In this document: piece after piece, positions 20,640-33,449 of the stretch
Numbering within the stretch: the first letter of the stretch is position 1
Layout: each line of letters begins with the position of its first letter
NCBI GenBank assembly: GCA_036172245.1
Contig: JAYWIR010000060.1
Location: 124,001-188,000 of the forward strand
Direction: 5' to 3'
Source of the DNA: Raillietiella orientalis
Taxonomy: Eukaryota
DNA: 64,000 nucleotides
Notes under the pieces: generated by a model
Told to the model about the DNA's origin: nothing
What the model saw: the letters and a program-made list of their open reading frames with translations, nothing else
Database searches by the model: none
Program-made: the position numbers and the translations under genes

Positions 20640-23600
20640 TCCTTAGCTCGTCTCCGCCCCCAAATGCTGCTCTTGAGGGATTCTCCGGTGAAGTTCTCTC
20701 TGCTCCTTGCTTGCCACCAGCCGTCACTTCCGAAAGACTTGACGGAGGCTCCTCCGTCCCTTGTCCGAGTCATGCCTAAACCTCGGTCCCTCTTTGCCAC
20801 CGCACAAGTCAGCAGAGTCACCCCTCCGACAAAGCTCGAGTCGATTCTCCGAGGTCATCCTCATCCGATAGAGTTTCTTTGGGAGTGCCAAGGTGAAAGT
20901 CGACTTCAGGCGTATGCCAGACCTCGGTCACACCTTTACAGGAGCTACGGAAACGCTCATCCGTGCCACTCTGACAGAGGAGACCTTCTCGAAGCATCCA
21001 TTCGATTTTTGCGTGATGGATGACTTCAGTCTGTTTCCAGCTCCTATCCATCACCCTCTGCCATTCTTTTCCGGAGCGCCATGCTGCCTGCCTGAGATGG
21101 TCGCAGCTCCGCGGCTTCAGATCTCCTGCTTCTCAGGTTCCCAGTAACAGCGTGAGGCACTTCATAAATGGTGCTTTGGGATTTCTTCTTGCAGCCTTGA
21201 TGCCCTGGGCATCGGGTGAGGTTTCGGAAATTGGAAACAGAAATGAGGTGCGTGCAGTGATCTGAGTACGGTTGCATCTCCCTCAATATGAGGCTTCCTC
21301 GGAAGCAAAGCATAAAATGCAATCTCCCGGCTTCCGTTTTCCAGCCCTTTTAACGAAGCCAACAGCAGGCTCCGCGCACTTGGCACTCTCGTTTCAAAGA
21401 AATGAAATAGGAACCGAGTTGAACACGATGCCCGGCCATAACTGGAAGTACCGTGTCCGTCGCACGTACTGGGAAGAAGGTGGGACTCTTTCATCGTGCT
21501 CTACGCGCTCTATGCTTCTAGAAAACACAATGTCAGCCTCCCGAAAGCTGCGTCAAAAGAGAGAAAATATGTGGAGCATGCGCCTGCTCTCTTTCACTCT
21601 TAGGAACCGGGATCCAGTTCGAGCAATCTTCTTCGTGAGCTTCCAGGAACAACCGATGCTGTGCAAAATGAAAGCGCTTCCAAGAACATCCAAGAACCAG
21701 CTCTGTTTACCGAGTGAGCAAAGGGATCGCATAGAATCTCTGCGATTCTTCTCTACTGTCTTCGTGTCCTGCCCATGGAGGCATCGTCCAGCGCAGGACG
21801 CAGCAGCGGTGGCACCTGGGCTGGGACGCCTTCCGAACGACCGCCGACCGCCGGCTCACGAAGTCGCATCGCCTGGAGGCCACCGATCTTTACACCTGAT
21901 CATCGCCGAACCTCAAGCAAGTGGCGTGGGGACAACAGCGTGCGCGCTCGGACCGCGGCCTTCCGGAAATGTGCCCTGACCTCAACGAGGCGGAGCACCG
22001 TCTTCCTTCATGCTGCGGCCTTCCGCGATGTCGGCGCCGCTTCGCCGCGGCGTGCATCTTTGCGAGGAGCTGCTCCTCACTTCCGGTACTCCTGTTCGAA
22101 GCCCTTCGGCGCTCGCGCTGGCAGCGGCCTTTCGATGTGTCGGCGCCTTGTTGATTTTGAGTCTGCCGAGTTTCCTTCGTGGGTCCGTTCGTCTCCAAGA
22201 GGCTCTGTCCCGCAGCGATGCCGCCTTCTTTCGATCGTGGGGCGGCGCGGCAAGCTCGTCGGCCCATTCCCAAGTACGGTCAGAGTCCCAGTCCCAATTT
22301 CACCAAAGATGGTTCAGCAGAAGGTGACCACTCTCCTTGAAGTGTTTCTTTGTGCTGCCTTCCTCTCTGCCCAAGGGATGCCTGCGATTCTCCGTGGAAA
22401 TTCACCTGAAGAATCCCAAGTGTGAGCTCCACTCCACGGTACACGCCTTTTTCGCTTTCCCTGGCTTCCAAGACGCCGAAATTCGACAGCTGCTCTTGAC
22501 ATCCGCAATGGCGAAGAGCTCCAAGAAAGCGAGGATTCGCAAACTCTCTGGTTGTGAGGGAAACCCAACCGTTCTGACGAAGTGTCTAGTCGTTTGGGAT
22601 CCCCGCCGGCTTTCCTCGGAATTTTTCCTCTGCTTGCATGACGTCACTTAGACACGTCTTCTTCTAGAGTGCTAAAGCACTTATCCAGAGGCCTGGGACC
22701 ATGTTCGGCTGCAGACCGAGTTTCTCATCTTTTTCTGGAGTTTCATGAAAAGCGCAGGCGCCAGCGTTTTGGGCGTGCCTTCGCCGCCATTTCTCGACAC
22801 AGAGAGGGGCCGCGCACACCCCTTTTTGTCTCCTTCCGGAGGGTCTGACGGCGAGAGATCAAGCCGCTCGTTCCTTCTCCGTCTACGTTTGGAACATGAA
22901 AGGAGTGACCGCCGAGCGCGAGGAGGGAATGCTGTTGACCGCCAGCAGTTGTCTCCGGAGACGCCAAGGTTCGATGGCTCTTCCGCGTTCGAGGTCGTTC
23001 CACGGCAGAGAAATACCCCGATGACGACCTCAGTTTGGAGACGTTGCGCACCTGCGTGGCGCCTCGCCTCGAGCTAACTTGCTCCGGCAGCAAACCGACC
23101 AACAAGCGCCTCCCGGCAGGAGCCCTTCTGGGTCGACTGCACCATGACGTGTCTGGACAGGGAGGGAGGAGGAAGGTGCATGAAGCGCGCGACCGCACCA
23201 CCCGCTGCTGGTTCTCTTGAGCGCTAAGAGACCAGGTGCTTCCATTTGCCACCCGCGCCTGGTCGATGTCGCACCGAGCGCCGCGCAAAAAAATCGAATA
23301 CAAAAAACGCGGCGATGAGACAGAGGCGCCAGAAAAAAAAAAACGTGCTCAAATGGACCTTACCGACCACACCAACAGCACCTGCATGGCGGAGTAAAAC
23401 ATGGTCAACGAAACAAACACATTTGCCTAAGGGCATCATCGGAATGAGGCCTTAATAATCACCTTGTGCGGGCGCGGGAAGGCCGACCCCTTTTCGCGCA
23501 GTGTGGTCGGCCTCACTCGAAGCACTTCCAGCTTCCATCCGGAGGCGGAAGTCACCCGCTGGGGTGCGAACTTGTCGGTGGGGCTTACCCCGTCGACATA

Positions 23601-26600
23601 GCAGAAGGGAGCGCAACGTGCTTCGCTCGGCTCGGCGGAGGGTGGAGGGTGTGCGCTCATCCGAAGAAGGGGCGTCGCGTTGCTGGTGGTCAAGGGGGCA
23701 TTTCCGAACGGGCGCCTCCCTCCCCCCCTATCTTGCGGGATCGCAGCCTGGCAGATTCTTTTCTGCAGCTCTTCCTCGCGCGCCAGTGAACCCTCCGAAA
23801 ACGGGGAGGAGAGAAGCAGGTTCGGCGGGAGAAGGGGACGTGAAGGCGAGAGGAAACCTCTGCAATCCATGCACCCTGCGTCTCTTCGCTCTGCACGCTT
23901 TCCGCATTCCCCGTTCCGTGCTTTCCACGGGCAAGCAGCAGGGGCACCGCATGGCACTGAAGATATCCTGGCAAGACTTTTCAAGGACCGTGCTGAGTGT
24001 TGAAACCAGGTCCAGAACTTTATTCACAGCAGCTGCGACGGAGGGAGAGGTGGACAGCATCAGAAAATCCCTTCTCGCGGATAAAAAGCCTCCAGAGCAT
24101 CTTGGGATTCACGGATTCGTGCCTACCTCTCGAAGGCTCAGAATGACTTTCTTCGCGCTCCTATGACGCGATCTTACAGCCGGCACGGCGTTTCTTGCAG
24201 CGGAGGAGGAAGAAACTCCACGGAAGATCGGGCTCTCACATCTGAGGTCCCCTACTGCACTTGCAAATTACCAGAACTGCTTGAGGTTGCGAACTGGTCA
24301 ACTCTCGGAGCGGGTCCTGACCGGGGCAACTAACGAGGTCGGGAAATCGGAGCTAGGAAACCGCTCGAAAAAGCCCCAGGCCGAATGGCTCATTTGGCAG
24401 GTCGCTGAGATGGTCGGCTCAGCAGTTTCTGGAGGTGAGCCATGAGGGAGGGGAGGACGCAGAAGTCCCGTCACGGAAGCGGCGGGTGCCTTCTGCAAGT
24501 CTCAGTCTGCCGAAGGTCTTCGCCGTTCCGCAAAAGTCTCTCCTCTTCCCAACCGCTCGTTTGCGTGCTAAGGCTGCCTGGCAGCGCCCGGGACGCTCAG
24601 AAATTGCGAGTGTGAAAAGCGAATTCGGGTAGACGCCACACTCCTGTAGCGCTTCCGCGGGAGTCATAGGAACGGTTTCCCGTTTCGAAACGGAATTCGA
24701 AACGGGGGATCCCGTGACCCCTCGAACACACTGGCATCTTGGGTTTGATCCACTGTTCACCTTTGTTTCCGGGATTGCATCCCACACGCAGGCTCCTCTC
24801 CAGTTTTCCTCTTCAAGCAGCCACCCGGCTCCTCCGCTCAGGACTCCCGCTGCAGTCGTTGCGCTTCCTCGGTCCAGACTCCCATCTCGACGCGCACGTG
24901 AGCGCATTCACGCGCGCCAGTAATCCGGGAGTCGATATCCCCATCGGTTGCAGAAGCTCGGCTGATCTTATTGTGCTCTTCATGGATGCCACGAGTCCGG
25001 CATTCCGACCTCGTCAGAGGTGCGGCCATCCTTTCTGATGTGTTCTTCGACTTTTTTTTTTTTCGAAGGGGGGAAATGCCCCTTTCGCATATTTCCCAGT
25101 TGGGGATTTCAAGGTGCAACTGCATCCTCTTCTGCATTCCTGATGTCCTGGATGACTGCATCCCTGCTACCGCCACCCGTGTACTCTTGGGCGTCGGCCC
25201 GTCTCGCTTGGAAGCACTAAGCGAGTACTCGGATGGCAGCTGCCGTCGGAAGATGTGAGGTGCACTTTGTTGTGCCCAGAGGGGAAAACAGCCGTCGCGG
25301 AAGGAACAACAAGGTCTTCTGCTTGATGTTGGTTTGCGGCTGAGAGTCTGAAGACCGGAGGTCAGAAAAAGTCTGGCAGAGTGGAAAAGACTTTTAGCAT
25401 TCAGAATGGAGAGGAAGATCATTTCAAAGGAGTGCGATCGTCGAAGGCACATCTGCACGAGATGAGACCAGAACACCCAGCAGGGTCGCCAATTTCCTCC
25501 GTTCATCCACAACACATCGCGCATTCTAACAGGGAGTCACACTTTGAATGATGCACTCTGATTTATGCTGCACCTAAGCGTGGGATGCATCTTCCGCGTC
25601 GGATGTTCCATAGTGAGTCCGTCTGGTTGGTGCTTAAAACGTGATTCTGTCTCTTCGGAAGAACGAGAAAACGGCTGACAGAAGATCTCTATAGGGTCTC
25701 TGTGGAAGGCCGCCCGTCACCAATTCAGGCGGCGATGCAATTTCAAGGACTCGCCTGTGTACGAGCAGCGGATCAACCAAGGCTGAGGGACCAGGAATCG
25801 AGATGCAGTCTTTCTCAGAATGTGTCCAGATCTTCGAAAAAGACTAAGGCATTCCAAGAAAACAAAAACTACAAGGTGAAAAGATCATCTCGAGTTAGAA
25901 GATGAACTTGGGAAACGCACTTAGAATGGTTGCCAAGTCGCAGATGGCGGAGCTCCGATCTTTTGTTGAAAAGCCGAAAGTTCGAGATCCCTGGGTTTCG
26001 AAACACGCAAGCAGTTCGAAATACTCCAAAAAAAGAGCGGTCCATCTATTGTCTTCTGCCGTCCACCTACTTAAAGAAAGTGCTCTAGGAGCTGTTGGTC
26101 TTGAGGAACGGCCCAATGGAAAAGGAACGTATGATCGGTTCCTCAAGCGAGGTTGATGCCAGAAAGATTGCCAACATTTCGAGATTGCAGACATCTTTGA
26201 ATGAGAGTCACGGAGAATACTCAAAAGTTTTACTCCTCCGCAGTGGGAGAACTCTCTTCAAAACAAAGGATTCTGTGGTCTGGAGCTTTCTTGTTTGCAG
26301 GCGCTGCTCGCAAGAACCAGTCAAGGAATGGCTGGGGCACGCAGGTGCGCAAACCACTTGGCACCAAACTAATCACTTCTTATCATTCTGTTGAGGATGA
26401 AGTGCTGAAGCGCAAAAGCCCGTGGACACTGGCAAAAAAAAGTCTGCTTCAGCCGCTTGGAAACAGCTGCAAATTGGAAAGCGAAATTCGGTCGTTGGCC
26501 ATCGAGTTCCTCGGGCGAGGAACCAAGATGAACAGCATCCCGCTTCGGAAAACGGGGTCGCCAGTGCGACTCTAGACCTCGAGTTGTGAACATTCGCGAT

Positions 26601-29600
26601 TCGTGGTCAGTGCTCAAAGAAGATACTACGTCTCCATTTGAGGCTTCTTTCTCTCGACAGAAGAAGCATCTCAAGATCTCAAGCGTCCCTAAAAGACTGA
26701 AGGTCCAGACTGAATCTCCTCATAAGATGTGGGTCAGGTTTCGATCTAGCATCTGCTTTTCTCCGAGTCTCGGTGTCAACAACTGAGCCGGTTGGAGGTG
26801 CCTCCCTGGAATCCGTTCCAGCATCTGTAGATTCTTCGGGTTCAACGCCTGATGTGATCGAGCGTGCGTGTGTTGGTTTCCTCAACCACGAGCTCCTAGA
26901 ACCAGGCTACGTCTCCCCCTCCCCCTCTCTCCCTTTTTGTTGCAAAACCAGCACATTCTGCACAGAACGAGACCGGATGGCTCACAGAGTTGGCTCATTC
27001 TGAGCAAATCTCGTCTGCAGCTTTCACGGAAACAGTCACCCAACAAGGAATCGATCTGTCTCTTACCAGCAGTGAGATAATCACAACGAGGGACACTTTC
27101 GGTTTCGCTTCCACCATTGGCACTCGTGGCTGCCTCCCAGGTTCCACCAGAGAGGCGATTTTTCGGAAGGTCATGTTCCCTTCGGCAGGTATTGCAGATC
27201 CATTTGACCGAACGACCGGAGGACAACTCTTGAGACAGCTGACAAGATCAAGCCAAAAGAACGAACGGAACAGATTCAGAAATGCCAGTGGTACATATCT
27301 GCCGTTCCATACCAATCGCCGTTTGTTTACGCCCATCGGAAAAGGCAGCTCTTGGAGCTATCTGGCTGTTTACTTCTTTATCAGGAGCCAACGTACGTGC
27401 GCATCGTTCAGACGATAGAGGCCGAGACAGCGGCAAGGGTCTCTATGTGGTCAGTCACTGCCTGTTTCATCATCAGGGGGAGAGAAGTAGAAGGAAAAAA
27501 TGGAAGCTGCAGTTTCGAAATGAAACGCCCAGATAACGGAATTTCGTTTTCGTGGCTGGAAACTCGCAGCGCCTCCTCAAAGGAGCGTCAATGGCGTCCG
27601 TTCACGTGCTGAAAACAAGCCGTTGGCCTGAGCGGGCGGGGGCAGGGCGGGGGAGGTCAGGCAGACCCAGCTGCAGCCGATGGCCGCCGTTTAATTGCAA
27701 GTAGAATGCGCTCTGCTTCCCAGCTGAGAGAAGACCCCGGACGACCGATGGGTACGAAGGAAAGTAGTAGGCTTCGTCTTCTCGTTTCCCTCTGGTTCCT
27801 CCCATTCTTCCTTGTCTGATGCCCCGAAGGCAGGTCCTTTCATTCGAATCTCTGCAATGAAGAACGCCTTGGCGTCACCGGGAAGAGCTCCTAGGATTCC
27901 TAGCGTTTCCAAGCAGTTGCAAAAAGAAATCTGAAATCTGAAAGATCTCGACTCGATCCATGGTCACCGCTGTGGCTGATACCTGATCGGTCCCACCGGG
28001 CAGCAGCCCGGTGGGACCGATCGCTGATTGCCATAGCGCTGATTGCCGTCACAGAATGTGTGGGGCGAAAGAGAATTGGAAACCATCGAAGAACCACATC
28101 GGATCCATTCTGTACTCAGGCGCAGCTCCGAAAGCTCTGTGTCAGGATGGTGGCATCGATGGCCAAAGGGTCCAGCGTTTTGTGGGTATCAGCGTAGGAC
28201 ACAGAAGAAGACATGGAGTGGCTGGTGCTTCATGGGTCGTCTGGAAAAAGGAAAATTCAAGGAAGTGGCCATCAGCTAACTAGGACGCACTTCCTCTTCA
28301 GCGAAGAGCACTTCCGGGTTTGGACTCATGATCGACGCGTGCGGCGCGGCTCAATCTCCTGCCCTTAAGAGCCCCCCAGGAACTGTGCAGACACAGGCAT
28401 CGCAGGTACACAGTGGGAAGAAATCTCTCTCACGCAATCTGAATCACTGCAACTGCAGCCAACCTCTCCCATCACCGGGGCATGACAAGATCGTAGAGAC
28501 CATCTGGAAGGCTGCTAGGAAGAATTCGAAGCTGGTGGCCTGCAACAAGCCCATGCCCAGAGTGGATCTCCTATTGCAGGGATAGACTAAGGTCACAACC
28601 TTAGTCTGAATACTCCATCTTGAATACTGCATACCCCTACGGATATGACCGAGAGGCTTTCAAGGAGGCCGTGGCCTCTCCATTGAGTGAAAGGCAGATG
28701 GGGAGGACGGCCACTCCATTCCTCGGCCAAAAGGATTTGCCAGCAGGCGGTAGTGCTGGTCATAGGATCCTCGGTGCAGTGGCTCCCAGGGCAAGCGCAG
28801 GATGATGTGGACAGTCCAGAATGCCGCGGCACCAGACGGAACATATCAGAAACAGATGATGCGTTTGGTTCTCCTGTTACGTCTTCGGGGGCATCTCCTG
28901 GTACACACCGGCTGCGAAGCAGGATCCTCCTGCATGCGTGGCATCTCCGGACGATCCACCGGAACAGATGAGGAGAGCTGTGGGAATTGAACGGTAAAAA
29001 CGGACCGACGGGGTCCTGGACGCGCGCTCGAAAGCAACTCCCATGTTGCCTGCCGAAAGCACTGCTGTAGGTCTTCAGTGCTGCGGTTCATTTCCTGGGT
29101 TGAGGTGCTGACGTTCCAGACTTCCTTTCGCAAAGCACGCAGGCGTATAGCGCGACTAATGACGTACTCTTCCTTTCCCGTGCGGTCAATCCCTTCGTCC
29201 CCATCTCGCAAAGAGACTGTAGTTGTCGAGGGTTTCTGCCGTGGCCCGGAAGGAGGGGTGACGAGACAGAAGAGAGGATCGAGCATGCAAGTGTCTCGGG
29301 ACATCCACCAGGAGCGCGCAGGGTGAGCTGCCGTCCAGGAGAAAACTCCTCTTGAGGACCATGGTCTCGCCAGGGGGAGGGGGCGAAAAGGACAAAATGA
29401 AAACCCGCGCGCTCCAGACGAACGTATGGCGGGCCCTGCTGGCCCAAACATGCGACACAAGCGCGACCTGCGAGCCACTCTTCGGGCGAGCGGACCTCGT
29501 GCCGTGGCATCTAAGTCTGGTCGGCGCGAAGCCGCTGACTGCATTTAAAGAACGGATGAAATTGGACGCAGATCGGTTGCGATGCTGGTGATGAACCTTC

Positions 29601-29990
29601 GAGGAAGGCGAGAGACGCTCCGGTGCATATTTTGAGTGGACTTCCGGAACTCTTGGACGCTCGTTCAACAGCAGAGGATCGAAGCAACGCAGGAAACACC
29701 ATGGATCGCGATTTCGGAAGAGGATAAATCTCAGATACGTGGTGATTCCTTGCAAGGCCTGCTGCGTGGTTCACCCGCGTATGCTGTGGTGCCTGCATCA
29801 TCATGCAAATTCACATGGCCTCCATCTCGAGATTGGCGTGTGCGGAGAACGTGTGAGTTGTCACCCTGCACCTCTGCAAATGAGGTGGAGGCCCTGTCGT
29901 CAGTGACTGTTTTGATTGGCGTTTCGGCGGTAAGGGCTACTCACCTTCAGCGGTGCTGACGATGGCTCTGTGGAGCGAAGCAAATCCATG
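20640..29990 (+). pseudogene. Candidate endogenous viral element: decayed bunyavirus-type L (RdRp) gene interrupted by insertions
   Basis: Ordered degenerate motifs: FLK..VDARKI..ISRL....NE (26139-26205, pre-motif A/F-like), AQTTWHQ (26347-26367, motif A-like), DVGQ./DLASAFL (26726-26763, motif B-like), ASVDS (26821-26835, motif C SDD-like), FCCKTS (~26935, motif D-like), then LNTAYPYGYDREAFKEAVASPL...RILGA (28620-28780). Many stops and frameshifts. Outer boundaries are approximate. Confidence 0.55.
21758..22287 (+). repeat. 530-bp inverted duplication, right copy
   Basis: Matches 18642->18113 end to end, with sharp boundaries (gtcttcgtg...cagagtc). Confidence 0.93.
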
Positions 29991-30059
29991 ATTCATAAGG
30001 TGGCAGTGGTGCCAGTACCAACCATTAAAAAAAAAAAAAAACGATTTTTCCTTTCCTTT

Positions 30060-31470
30060 AACTTTTCGTGGGAAGAGCGAATCGCCCAACGGGGTCGGAC
30101 GGTTGTGCACTCAAGGTCTTCTTCTCTTGACCAGAGCACCACGCAAGCCTGCACCCCGTGAAGTGACCTGCGGTTTTTCCCTCTGCTCAGGATCCTTGAC
30201 CTTTGACTCTCGCGCGCGCGACTACGCTCGCTCGCGCGGAGTCTTTTGAAGAGCCCCTTTGTGCTTGGGAACGAAAAAGCGTCTCTATGACCACTGCGCC
30301 CAGTCCGCCACTGGACTCGAAGGCCGTCTCCGAGATGACTAGAAGCTGAGGGCGCCTGGAAAACGGACGCCCGGTCCGTGGTCAGGTTAGCCGACCGTGA
30401 CGTTACTGAACACGAGGAACATGGGCGGACGGCTAAGAACTTTCCAGGAAGCTTCACCCAAGCGTGGCTTGAGGTCCACTCGCAAGCACACTGCTCCTGC
30501 GCGCGCGGGCGAATCCGGGAGCGGTAGCAGCGCCGTCGGTGACGGTGCGGCGCGTTCCCTCAGCGGCGTGTGGGCGGCTTCCGTTCACCAGGGCAGTGGA
30601 GACCTCCGCGCTGCCAGTGAGATAAGCGCGAGCAGCATCACGCCAGGTGCCTCTTCGTGTTTGCGTCTCCTCAGAGATGAACGCCCTGGGGAAACGAACT
30701 CTGGAGGATGACCTGGCGGAAAGCGAAGGGGCGAACACAGGGAATCGCCAGTCGCGGAAAGTCCTCGACCGGAAGCGAGGATGCAGTATCCAAGAGGTGC
30801 GTCCGAGTCGATGGTTTGCCGGAGGGAAAGTCTCGTGGGAGGTGGTAGAGGGAGCCGTGTGACCTTCGCCGTGGTCGAAGCTGAGCGACAGGCTGGAGAA
30901 ACAGCGGACCGAGTGCTCGTCCGGGATCTTCCGGAAGGGACACGGAGCAGGCCATGAAAGACCTACGCGGGTCCGCACTGGGAAAAGCTACTGCACTCGA
31001 AGCTTCCCGAAACGCCTAGGGCGCGAAGGTTCCCTTTCCGCGTCGGTCCGAAGGGAACACTCAGGACATCGCGCGCCGTCCGTTTTCCCGATGGTCCGTG
31101 CGGTCGATCGCAGTCCCGCACCGTCGACCTGAGCGTCTGGAACAGCGACGACGGTTCAGGCGGGAGATTTGCCGGCATCGCAGCATTGTGAGCCGCCCGA
31201 GGTCGTAGCGAAGCCGAAAATCATCTTCTGAAGATGCGCCACCCGAAAAGCAAGATGGCTTCACGACACGCCGTTTGCGCACCTTTGGTCCAGCACCGCG
31301 CGCAAAAGCAAGCAAGTGGACGGCAAACGATGGACGAAAGTGCAACTCGCTTAATATGCTTTGGAGCTCATTTGATGCTCGGCCTCGGCTGACCCGTTTC
31401 CGAGCATCGCTTGCGAGGTCTCCATTGAAATCCCGGAAGTCGCAGAAACTCGAATTTAAATTTTTTTTTT
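30060..31470 (-). mobile_element. Decayed mariner element relic
   Basis: Minus-strand fragments YH..ETFPSG.TIDSD (cf. YHELLP.G.TIDSD) and SWKVLSRPP (cf. WEVLPHPPYSP). Confidence 0.45.
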
Positions 31471-33449
31471 TTTGTCCTTCTTCCAAATCATTGAAATCGA
31501 ACGAGCAGTTTGCTCTTGCCATTTCGCTTGGCTGAAGATGCTTCGGAGAGTTGCGTCACGCGCACGAGAAGCGGTGCAGCAACTCTTAAGACCACAGGAG
31601 ACGTTAGCGGCGCATGCGCAGTAAGGAAACGACGGGATTGAATAGCACACTTGGGATGGTCGGTCGCAACCCGCAAGCGCAAAAGTGAACGTGCGACAGC
31701 CTGCTCGAGAGCGATCCCTCCCCGTGGGCAGCGAATCTCCGAGGAGGGATGGGTATTCCTTCTATAAGAGCGGTGGAGACCCTTCGTGATGCGCCAAGCC
31801 GCGTGGCGCCACCTTGCGCCGGAAGAAACACTACTTCCCTAAAGGCAAGATTCCTGTCCTTGGGGAGAGGAATCGATTTGAGAACCAGAGATGGGGGGAG
31901 GGGGTTCGGAAGAAGAGCAGCAGCTCCGCCATCGATTGCATTCAGATGGAGCTTCAGTTGCCGGACAAGCAGAGGAGTCCACAAAAGACCACAAAAGAGT
32001 GTCCACCCGATGCAATGCTGCACGGGACATCAAACTTTTCCCTCTGTTGGTTGCTGATGTGGACAGGAGTTGTTTGCTGCTGCTAGTATCTGCCGCGTTA
32101 GCAGTCTTGGTCTTAGACTGTTGCATCTGGGCGCAGCCTCCAGTCATCCAGGCCCGCGTTTCAGTGGAAGACTCTCGTGCGTTCCAAACCTCCGTGGAAT
32201 AGAAAGCAGAAACTTCGCTGAAAGTCCTCGCTGATTTACACTGGATTGAGGAGTCTCATCCTTGCAAGGATGCTGTGCTGGATTCTGAACGAATTTTTGT
32301 TCTCTTTGCGGAGCCGTTTTGTTGACAAAAGGACCGGGAACGGACCCAGACGTTCAGAGACCCACGGAAAGAAAATCTGATCCCCAGGAGCTTTTCAGAG
32401 CCCCAAATGAGCTGTGTTTCTGAAGCTGACGGGGTGCCTGTTGTTTGAGGGAGTTCACTGTGACCAGAGTCATTAGCATGTCCACGGATGACCATAACCT
32501 TTAACAGTACATTCACGAGTCCATTCTTTCGGGTAGATGTGAGGGAGAGGAGGGAAGAAGAGTGGGTTTGAAATGTTGTTTAAGATTTTTCCGGAATTAA
32601 CTCATCATAAATACTCATCAATTCATTCTCATCCGAAGCCTTCGATTCCTTCTATCCAAATTTTTCCATCAGAGTGCGTTTTCGCTTGCCTCACCGTTCA
32701 AGTTGGTTGCTACCCACAACAACGGCTCACTCAGGGATGTTTACTCTCTTAGGGTGTCCGCTTTTCACGCGGGAGTGGGAAGCACGGACGGAACCACCGT
32801 CAAAGACTTCGCGGGAATGGATGGAAGGACTTTGCGTCCTTCGATGCTTCCCTGGATTTCCGCTCAAGAGTCACCCGGCAAGGCATGCGTCCGTTCAGCG
32901 TCCTCGAGGCCCTCTGTTGCCTCTTGCACACCTCTGCGTGGTGGACTTCTGGGTGGCGTGTTCTTCAACACGCAGACCTAGCGGCTGTGGTCGTTCCGTT
33001 CTGACCTCGGTCCTCCGAACACGGTTTTAAAAAACGCGTTCTAGGAGGAGGCGATTCCAGATGCGCGGGAGGAAACCCGATCGGCACCCTGGATAAGAAC
33101 GGAGGACACTCTTGACGTTGTCCACAGGAAATTAAACCTCCTTGGAACACGTTCTCTCTTTTCTTTTGGCCACACTCGGCTCTATTGCTTACTTTCCCGA
33201 ATTCGGCCTTTGAGCGCTCTGTCGTAGACCGTTTGACCTTCCACGTGAATCTCGCGCTCTTCCCCACAGGAAAGTTACCGTGGAGCGACGCCGCCTCCAT
33301 CACGGGGATTCTTCATGAGTTCTTTCGCAGAGCCATCCCTCTGCAAACAGGGAAATACAGAAAATCATTCGGCGAAACGGACTTCCGGCAGTGCCAAATG
33401 GGAAACTTCCAAAATGTCCATAAGCGCAATTGAGAAGGGGAAAAGGAGT

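Noticed and set aside
30027..30041. A-run as the poly(A) tail of the putative viral insertion
   Set aside because: Homopolymer runs are common in this window, the run adjoins a mariner relic and no target-site duplication was found.
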